From positions 1 to 12,734 of the forward strand of contig CALAQQ010000071.1 in assembly GCA_937888485.1 (NCBI GenBank): 12,734 nt of DNA. Direction: 5' to 3'. Position numbers and translations under genes: made by a program. Source of the DNA: an uncultured Clostridia bacterium (GTDB lineage Bacteria > Bacillota > Clostridia > Oscillospirales > Acutalibacteraceae). The notes under the pieces were generated by a model. It was not told where the DNA came from. It searched no databases and worked only from the letters and a program-made list of their open reading frames with translations. Shown piece after piece: positions 1-3,929 of the stretch (position 1 is the stretch's first letter; each line of letters begins with the position of its first letter).

Positions 1-19
1 CGATTTCGTTGTTTGACAT
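1..19 (-). CDS. First 6 codons (MSNNEI...) of a leftward gene transcribed divergently from the Xre gene; product unknown (position suggests a cI-like or other regulator)
   Basis: ATG at 19-17 on the minus strand, preceded by AAGGAGA (complement of 29-35) with an 8-nt spacer. Sits downstream of the leftward promoter at 70-98. Too little sequence to identify. Confidence 0.35.
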
Positions 20-69
20 AGTTGTTATCTCCTTTGTTTTTATTTGTTTGGTGTTTATCAACTGTCTAT

Positions 70-98
70 ATTATAGCACTAAATATTAGTGCTGTCTA
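70..98 (-). promoter_or_regulatory. Leftward sigma-A-type promoter: -35 TAGACA (93-98), 17-nt spacer, -10 TATAAT (70-75)
   Basis: Hexamers read directly on the minus strand. The perfect palindromic operator O1 (75-93) fills the spacer. Confidence 0.55.
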
Positions 99-161
99 TT
101 GACATATTACACTAATTTTTAGTGCAATATTTGTGCAATTTTAGCACTTGATTTTAGTGCA
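75..161. promoter_or_regulatory. Three related 19-bp operators (8-bp arms, 3-bp spacer): O1 75-93 AGCACTAA-ATA-TTAGTGCT (perfect), O2 108-126 TACACTAA-TTT-TTAGTGCA (1 arm mismatch), O3 143-161 AGCACTTG-ATT-TTAGTGCA (imperfect)
   Basis: Read directly. Centres are at about 84, 117 and 152, so spacing is 33 and 35 bp. O1 lies in the leftward promoter spacer. O3 overlaps the -35 and spacer of the rightward promoter. GTGCAAT also recurs at 122, 133 and 157. Confidence 0.6.
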
Positions 162-176
162 ATTATATGATAGAAT
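148..176 (+). promoter_or_regulatory. Rightward promoter of the Xre gene: -35 TTGATT (148-153), 17-nt spacer, extended -10 TGATAGAAT (168-176)
   Basis: Hexamers and the TGn extension read directly. RBS GGAAAGGTGG (186-195) and ATG at 206 follow. Confidence 0.6.
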
Positions 177-205
177 GATTACGCTGGGAAAGGTGGTGCT
201 AAAAT

Positions 206-424
206 ATGGCATTACAGTATAAGATTGATATTATGGATGCGTTGAAAAACAAAGGTTATTCTTCAACGAAAATCCGTGAAGAAAAACTTATCGGTCAATC
301 ATACCTTCAACAAATCAGACACGGTGAATTGGTATCGTGGAAAACTATTGATACTCTTTGCTCCCTCTTGGACTGTCAGGTTGGCGATTTGGTTGAGTAT
401 GTAAAAGACCCCGATGCTCAGTAA
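206..424 (+). CDS. Xre/Cro-C1-type helix-turn-helix transcriptional regulator (72 aa)
   Basis: The ORF has a good RBS. The sequence LKNKGYSSTKIREEKLIGQSYLQQIRHGELVSWKTIDTLCSLLDCQVGDLVEY is typical of small HTH_26/Xre regulators of phages and ICEs. It sits next to an operator-rich divergent promoter region. TAA stop. Confidence 0.85.
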   Translation: MALQYKIDIMDALKNKGYSSTKIREEKLIGQSYLQQIRHGELVSWKTIDTLCSLLDCQVGDLVEYVKDPDAQ

Positions 425-698
425 AGGGCGAACAGAGTTTCTTTAACAAATAACGGCGATTTTTGCACGGAATACACCCGATTTTTACCGAGCTTAAAGT
501 GTGAAGGAAAGCAGTTGTTTTTCTGAACAGGGGTCAGGGGGTATATTTCGGGAGAATCAAAAACACTTTCTCCCTTTGCGGAATTGCGTGGCTTGTTCTC
601 CGTCTGAATGTGATTTTTGTTTCGGATTACGGTTTATCCCGACCGCAAATGATAGAATGATTGTTTCTCCGTCAAGCGAACCAAAAGGAATATAAACG

Positions 699-742
699 AA
701 AAAAGACGGCAAACCGTGAGATTGTTTCTCTTGGTTTGCCGT
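699..742 (-). terminator. Rho-independent terminator closing the leftward module
   Basis: 10-bp stem ACGGCAAACC (706-715) / GGTTTGCCGT (733-742). On the minus strand it is followed by a six-U run (complement of 699-704). Lies 6 nt after the stop at 748. Confidence 0.7.
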
Positions 743-747
743 TTCGC

Positions 748-882
748 TTATTTCCAATCCTTGAATATTTCATCAAGTGCCATATCGAGTGCGGTTTTCA
801 TGCTCTTTTGCATAAAGGCAAGAATTTCCGCCTCGATTATGTTTTTCTTTTTCTTCTTCTTTTTGTCTTTTGGATTCGACAC
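748..882 (-). CDS. Small lysine-rich hypothetical protein (44 aa, GTG start): VSNPKDKKKKKKKNIIEAEILAFMQKSMKTALDMALDEIFKDWK
   Basis: Below the ORF-track length cut-off. GAGGTG RBS 8 nt upstream of the GTG. Starts 2 nt after the TAA of the preceding gene. TAA stop is followed directly by the terminator. Confidence 0.35.
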   Translation of the reverse strand: MSNPKDKKKKKKKNIIEAEILAFMQKSMKTALDMALDEIFKDWK

Positions 883-884
883 TG

Positions 885-1070
885 TTATTTCACCTCACTT
901 GTAAAGATGAATTGAACAGTCTCAGGTTCTTCCGAATCCTGTAATGAGTTGAAGAAATTATCTCTCTGTTCTGTATAGTTTTCTATTGCAGATTTGCCGT
1001 TCATTTGATAATAAAACAAATCGGGAACTTTGCCCTATGCTCTGTTAAACTCCAATAAATCTTTATTCAT
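885..1070 (-). CDS. Hypothetical 61-codon protein with one in-frame TAG (1035-1037): MNKDLLEFNRAxGKVPDLFYYQMNGKSAIENYTEQRDNFFNSLQDSEEPETVQFIFTSEVK
   Basis: The ATG at 1070 overlaps the TGA of the upstream gene (ATGA). The same frame stays open on both sides of the TAG. TAA stop at 885-887. Under the standard code only 11 codons would be made. Confidence 0.45.
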
Positions 1071-1504
1071 ATATTTTCTCCTTCCATAATATCATCAAGG
1101 GATATATTCAATGCACCCCTGTTGACTGTATAGCTTCTCCAATTTTCCTCTTTTGGAATCTGAGTGTTCAGCGGCGGCTAATACAGGCGGATGAAATATC
1201 CTTCTCTTTCTCCGATTTCTTCTTCGATTTCTGCTCTTGTTTTGCTCTTGGCGGTATAAAGAACGTTGAATCTGACGTTATATCTCCGCCTATGGGCTTC
1301 CGCAAGAACTTTGTATTTATTCTCTTTTGGATTTCCCATTGAAGCCCAATGTTCCGCCATTCGGTATAGAATATCTTTGCTTTTACCGATATAAACGATT
1401 TTATTGTTGACGGTTATTGAATAAACCCCCGAACACTAAAACTTTTTACTCCATTCTTGCTCTATGTATTTGTTGTAAATATTCTGTATGTGTAAATTAC
1501 TCAT
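1067..1504 (-). CDS. GIY-YIG domain nuclease (145 codons) with two in-frame TAG codons (1436-1438 and 1178-1180)
   Basis: RBS AAGGAGA sits 7 nt before the ATG at 1504. Translation is MSNLHIQNIYNKYIEQEWSKKFxCSGVYSITVNNKIVYIGKSKDILYRMAEHW...EIEEEIGEREGYFIRLYxPPLNTQIP...MEGENI. The GVY..(9)..YIGKS motif lies after the first TAG. The closing E...I....P.LN motif of the fold spans the second TAG. The real stop TGA (1067-1069) overlaps the next ATG. Confidence 0.7.
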
Positions 1505-1519
1505 ATTCATTCTCCTTTA

Positions 1520-2071
1520 TTAAAATTTAAAATTACCGTGTTCGTCTGTTAAACTCCCACTTGCTTTTGGATTCTTTATATTGTTATAATTTATATTATT
1601 CGAGCTTATAATTTTCTCTATATTATTATGCGTATTTTCAATAACCCCTGCTGAGGTGTATTCAGAATTTGAAGGGGTATATTCATTGTCAGGGGAAGGG
1701 GTATTTTCAATATCCCTCTCCGCACTTTTATAAATCGCATCATAATCAACGATGATTTCGCCTTGTTGACCGTTTTCGCTTGGCTTGTGGATTATCCAAC
1801 CTTTTTCAATCAGCTTTTTTCTTGCACTCTTATACGTTGTTTCTGACATTCCGCATCTGCTCATGACCGTTGCCTCAGGAACGGCAAAACTGCCGTTATC
1901 TGCATTTCCTGTCAGAAATAATATCAGTTTCAGCTAAGCTCCTTCTTTGCCTGTCAGACCGTTAAATATTATTGATTCAAGGTGATTCGTTCTCATTGCC
2001 ATTCCCCACTTTTTATCCCTGTTTTTTTCTCCATTAGCCCTCAGTATCGGTGCCTGAATAAAAACGCCCAT
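1520..2071 (-). CDS. Winged-helix replication-initiator / DnaD-like phage-plasmid replication protein (183 codons) with one in-frame TAG (1934-1936)
   Basis: Translation is MGVFIQAPILRANGEKNRDKKWGMAMRTNHLESIIFNGLTGKEGAxLKLILFLTGNADNGSFAVPEATVMSRCGMSETTYKSARKKLIEKGWIIHKP..., followed by a low-complexity N/S/E-rich tail. The pattern G-x-x-x-x-P-x-x-L ... L(T/S)xxxxxxLxLxL ... wHTH ... L-x-E-K-G-W-I matches phage/ICE replication organiser proteins. GGAGGA lies 9 nt before the ATG at 2071. Alternative starts at 2002 or 1996 are also upstream of the TAG. TAA stop. Confidence 0.65.
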
Positions 2072-2213
2072 AGCCGCAAATCCTCCACTGTTCGCAAATA
2101 AATCTGATATACTGACTTGTATTCATGTGATATTTTCTTGCCTACTCTTGGATTGCTTCCTTTTCTTTTTCAGTCAGGCGAAGGTCAATTTTTTTATTTT
2201 TTATAGTCTTCAT
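2034..2213 (-). CDS. Ribbon-helix-helix (MobC/CopG-like) protein, 59 codons, with one in-frame TAG (2142-2144)
   Basis: Translation is MKTIKNKKIDLRLTEKEKEAIQExARKYHMNTSQYIRFICEQWRICGYGRFYSGTDTEG. The beta strand (IDLRLT) and helix A precede the TAG, and helix B (NTSQYIRFI) follows it in the same frame. RBS GGAGAG is 5 nt before the ATG at 2213. An in-frame alternative start at 2264 (MSDISFKRKF...) exists. TAA stop at 2034-2036. Confidence 0.6.
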
Positions 2214-2283
2214 TTTATCTCTCCTTTTACTTGTAAATTTTCTTTTAAATGAAATATCAGACATTGTCCTACCTTCTAAATAT

Positions 2284-2312
2284 ATTATACAAAAATTTTT
2301 TGTTAAAATCAA
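2284..2312 (-). promoter_or_regulatory. Strong internal leftward promoter: -35 TTGATT (2307-2312), 17-nt spacer, -10 TATAAT (2284-2289), driving the TAG-containing module
   Basis: Near-consensus hexamers read on the minus strand. Lies directly downstream of terminator-like hairpins and upstream of the RHH gene. Confidence 0.6.
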
Positions 2313-2366
2313 AAAAGAGCGGTCGCCGCAAACAAAAGCACCGCTGAACTCGAGTGAATTCAGCGG
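2311..2366 (-). terminator. Tandem terminator-like hairpins after the paralogue pair
   Basis: Minus-strand RNA: CCGCUGAA-(10 nt)-UUCAGCGG (2341-2366) followed by UGCUUUUGUUUG. Then GCGG-CGA-CCGC (2319-2329) followed by UCUUUUUU. Confidence 0.5.
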
Positions 2367-2403
2367 CGGACTTGCTTTATTAAAATACATGGATTTGTTC
2401 CTT

Positions 2404-2925
2404 TCAGGCGGCAGGGTCAACTATTTCATTTTCTTCAGTTGCGTTATCGTTTTCTGCAACTGCGTTATCGATTTTTATAACTGCGTTATCTTTTTCCTCT
2501 TGGACTTCATCAGAGTTTTTGTCAACAGTCGGCATACCGTAATTTACGATTTCAGGATATTTCTTCAAAAACCAATTTTTAATTTCAGGATAACGGTATG
2601 CTTTTGAATGACATTCACTGATAAAAAGTTTATCATCAAGTTCTTTGAGAACAGCATCTCTTGTTTCAACAGGCTCAAATCTGTTGATATATTCTTTCAT
2701 ATAATCATAAGTTAATCCTTTGTAGTGTTCCTGATTGCTGTTAGCATTTATATTCTCACGGATAACCACATCAAAATTCGGGAAACTCTTTACATACTCG
2801 ACAAGCGTCTTATATTCCTTGTTTTTAGGGTTTTTTGCCTTTTCCGCAAACCATTTATAAAGAATAATTTGTTTGTTTGCGTAATCAATTCTTGCAGGGT
2901 TTATTCTTTTTCTTGACTTAGCCAT
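2404..2925 (-). CDS. Hypothetical protein, paralogue B (173 aa from MAKSRK...), with an acidic C-terminal tail of three heptad repeats
   Basis: RBS GGAAGGTGA is 5 nt before the ATG at 2925 (the ORF-track GTG at 2934 overlaps the RBS). Shares YKGL(T/G)YDYMK(E/R)YI and WFLxxYPEI motifs with the upstream gene. TGA stop. I recognise no family. Confidence 0.8.
   Translation of the reverse strand: MAKSRKRINPARIDYANKQIILYKWFAEKAKNPKNKEYKTLVEYVKSFPNFDVVIRENINANSNQEHYKGLTYDYMKEYINRFEPVETRDAVLKELDDKLFISECHSKAYRYPEIKNWFLKKYPEIVNYGMPTVDKNSDEVQEEKDNAVIKIDNAVAENDNATEENEIVDPAA
2440..2502. repeat. Three tandem 21-nt repeats, each starting TGCGTTATC, encoding DNAVIKI / DNAVAEN / DNATEEN on the minus strand
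   Basis: TGCGTTATC is found at 2440, 2461 and 2482, exactly 21 nt apart, inside the 3' end of paralogue B. Confidence 0.7.
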
Positions 2926-2947
2926 GATATTCACCTTCCTTTCTTAA

Positions 2948-3394
2948 TTAAGCCACAACTCTAAGCTTGGCTTTCTTTTCTTCACGAGCCTTTGCTCTCT
3001 TGGCTTTGATTTCCTTAATTTCCTCATCAGTTTTGTTGTTGAATTCTTCTATTTCAGGGTATGTTGCCAAGAACCACATTTTAATGTCACCATAAGAGAA
3101 TTCTTTGATAGTAACATCTCTTTCACCTTTTTCATTAAGACCCCTGAGCTTATAGAACATTTTCAGGTTTTCTTCCTTATTTTCATGAGCTTCGATGTAT
3201 CGCTTCATGTAATCATAACCAAGACCTTTGTATGTGTCTCTCTTGGTTGAGTTTGCTTTTACAACAATTTCATAACCTGTGAATATTGTGCGGAACTTTA
3301 CAAGTTCTTCAAACTTTTCACTTCCGAACTTTCCTGCTTCCTTTGATTCAGCCTTTGTCATTACAATAACTTTCTTTTCGTGATTTGCATACAT
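2948..3394 (-). CDS. Hypothetical protein, paralogue A (148 aa)
   Basis: RBS AAGGAGA is 6 nt before the ATG at 3394. Motifs TYKGLGYDYMKRYI and MWFLATYPEIEEF are colinear with paralogue B. Lys/Glu-rich C-terminus. TAA stop. Confidence 0.85.
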   Translation of the reverse strand: MYANHEKKVIVMTKAESKEAGKFGSEKFEELVKFRTIFTGYEIVVKANSTKRDTYKGLGYDYMKRYIEAHENKEENLKMFYKLRGLNEKGERDVTIKEFSYGDIKMWFLATYPEIEEFNNKTDEEIKEIKAKRAKAREEKKAKLRVVA

Positions 3395-3405
3395 AATTTT
3401 TCTCC

Positions 3406-3463
3406 TTAATAATAGGCGTTAGGTCGCCACCCTATTTTTATTATTCAGCGGTAAGTCGCTACC
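3406..3463 (-). promoter_or_regulatory. Structured 5' leader with a duplicated stem-loop module just upstream of the paralogue A RBS
   Basis: Plus-strand modules GGCG-TTAGGT-CGCC-ACC (3415-3431) and AGCG-GTAAGT-CGCT-ACC (3447-3463) are 32 nt apart. The closing pair differs by a compensatory change (G-C versus A-T). AATAGG (3411-3416) / CCTATT (3431-3436) can form a larger helix that abuts the RBS. Confidence 0.4.
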
Positions 3464-3558
3464 TTATTTCAGCACTTCAGGTTTCACCGTTTGCCTCTTG
3501 GTTTCGTTCACTCCTTTCAGGCGTTTTGTTTTGGTGTGTTCCCCTCTGCTGTGTCTAC

Positions 3559-3567
3559 AGTATATCA
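3559..3567 (-). promoter_or_regulatory. Candidate extended -10 promoter (TGATATACT on the minus strand) for the paralogue operon; weak -35
   Basis: Plus-strand AGTATATCA at 3559-3567. It would give a leader of about 160 nt. No good -35 hexamer was found. Confidence 0.3.
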
Positions 3568-3605
3568 CGCAACCACAATTTATCAGTCGTTATAAATGCA
3601 AAAAT

Positions 3606-3647
3606 AAGAAAGATACAAACTTTTTCAAAAAAAGTTGTATCTTTCTT
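3606..3647. terminator. Long AT-rich inverted repeat (19 bp with one bulge); bidirectional terminator/insulator or recombination/transfer-related hairpin
   Basis: AAGAAAGATACAAACTTTTT (3606-3625), c, AAAAAAAGTTGTATCTTTCTT (3627-3647). T-rich tracts flank it on both strands. Confidence 0.4.
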
Positions 3648-3655
3648 CTTAAATA

Positions 3656-3695
3656 GTTGTTATTAGGTTGTTATAAAGGCTTATAAATGTTGTTA
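3656..3695 (+). repeat. Helically phased direct repeats GTTGTTA at 3656, 3667 and 3689 (offsets 11 and 22 nt); candidate arm-type recombinase/accessory-protein sites or iterons
   Basis: Read directly. TTATAAA is also duplicated (3671-3677 and 3681-3687). Lies about 190 nt from the att core. Confidence 0.4.
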
Positions 3696-3714
3696 AAAAC
3701 TTATTACATACCTG

Positions 3715-3743
3715 TTGATTTTATAATAGAATTGTTTTATACT
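3715..3743 (+). promoter_or_regulatory. Outward-facing promoter-like element: -35 TTGATT (3715-3720), 17-nt spacer, -10 TATACT (3738-3743)
   Basis: Hexamers read directly. It points toward the tRNA fragment and terminator. The AT-rich context raises the chance of a false positive. Confidence 0.35.
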
Positions 3744-3854
3744 GTTATTGATTTAGAGATGAGGTCTGAGTTAATGTTAAACAAGACCTCTACATAATTA
3801 AGATTCCTAAAACTTGTTTAGTGTCAAGGGGTTGTTGGGGGTATCGTCTCCAAA

Positions 3855-3877
3855 ACAAGACCGAGAATCGGTCTTGT
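3855..3877. repeat. Perfect 10-bp inverted repeat ACAAGACCGA-GAA-TCGGTCTTGT abutting the att core
   Basis: Read directly. It ends 4 nt before the tRNA-derived sequence begins. Confidence 0.6.
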
Positions 3878-3880
3878 GTG

Positions 3881-3926
3881 CTTGGTAAGGATGAGGTCGG
3901 CGGTTCAATTCCGCCTAGCAGCTCCA
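3881..3926 (+). pseudogene. 3' portion (about 45 nt) of a tRNA-Thr(GGU) gene without its 5' half; interpreted as the displaced tRNA end at attR
   Basis: Colinear canonical parts are present: anticodon loop TTGGTAA (U33, GGT, A37) at 3882-3888, stem strand GGATG, variable loop AGGTC, T arm GGCGG-TTCAATT-CCGCC (3899-3915), acceptor strand TAGCAGC, discriminator T, and CCA (3924-3926). It closely parallels known bacterial tRNA-Thr(GGU) 3' halves. The partner strands CATCC and GCTGCTA and a D arm are absent upstream. Confidence 0.75.
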
Positions 3927-3929
3927 GAT

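Larger units (their letters stand above)
1..3926. mobile_element. Right-hand part (at least 3.9 kb) of an integrated mobile element (prophage remnant, satellite or integrative mobilisable element); right boundary is a tRNA-Thr 3' fragment (attR); left end is outside the window
   Basis: Contains an Xre/Cro switch, RHH/MobC-like, replication-initiator-like and GIY-YIG genes. It looks more AT-rich than the flank by eye. It ends at a truncated tRNA 3' half plus terminator, and housekeeping-type genes follow. No integrase is in the window. Confidence 0.7.

Noticed and set aside
99-104. TTGACA at 99-104 as the -35 of the Xre promoter
   Set aside because: No acceptable -10 lies 16-18 nt downstream. 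The TTGATT/TGATAGAAT pair at 148-176 fits much better. The hexamer forms part of the TGTCTATTGACA near-palindrome adjoining the leftward -35.
501-915. ORFs 501-695(+), 557-757(-), 661-915(+) and 716-904(+)
   Set aside because: They have no RBS and Cys/Phe-rich or low-complexity composition. They cross the terminator hairpin or lie antisense to the better-supported small leftward genes.
885-2213. Simple pseudogenisation as the explanation for the interrupted genes
   Set aside because: All five interruptions are TAG, with no TAA, TGA or frameshift. Frames and domain motifs continue across them. Start/stop overlaps and RBS placement fit the read-through models. Decay cannot be fully excluded without comparative data, so it is listed as the refuting alternative in the findings.
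2319-2371. Attenuator/antiterminator built from the alternative pairing GUCCGCCGC with GCGGCGAC around the terminator hairpins
   Set aside because: The alternative helix is possible on paper. However, it would itself be followed by the U-run, so it gives no clear on/off logic. No leader peptide or ligand-binding motif was recognised.
2142-2420. The ORF-track 92-aa ORF as a gene in its listed form
   Set aside because: Its first 50-odd codons run through the terminator hairpins and the -35/-10 of the internal promoter. The RBS-supported starts are at 2264 or 2213. Its TAG end is followed in frame by the second helix of the RHH fold.
2389-2916. Plus-strand ORFs 2389-2607 and 2725-2916
   Set aside because: They are antisense to paralogue B. 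The composition (F/I/C/V-rich mirror of an AT-rich coding strand) and the lack of an RBS indicate shadow ORFs.
3831-3898. Amber suppressor tRNA (CUA anticodon) in the tRNA-like region
   Set aside because: No CTA triplet lies in any loop context here. The only CTA is in the acceptor strand (3915-3917).
3828-3926. A complete long (type II or selenocysteine-like) tRNA, or a tmRNA tRNA-like domain (GGGGTTG...CAGCTCCA)
   Set aside because: No D arm can be formed, and no 5-bp stem closes the TTGGTAA anticodon loop. The 10-bp hairpin at 3855-3877 has a GAA triloop or a non-canonical 7-nt loop lacking U33. The tmRNA register leaves 3 unpaired nt between the T stem and the acceptor, and there is no tag-peptide reading frame or 5' domain upstream. 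The 3' half matches tRNA-Thr(GGU) geometry exactly, which favours a truncated gene.
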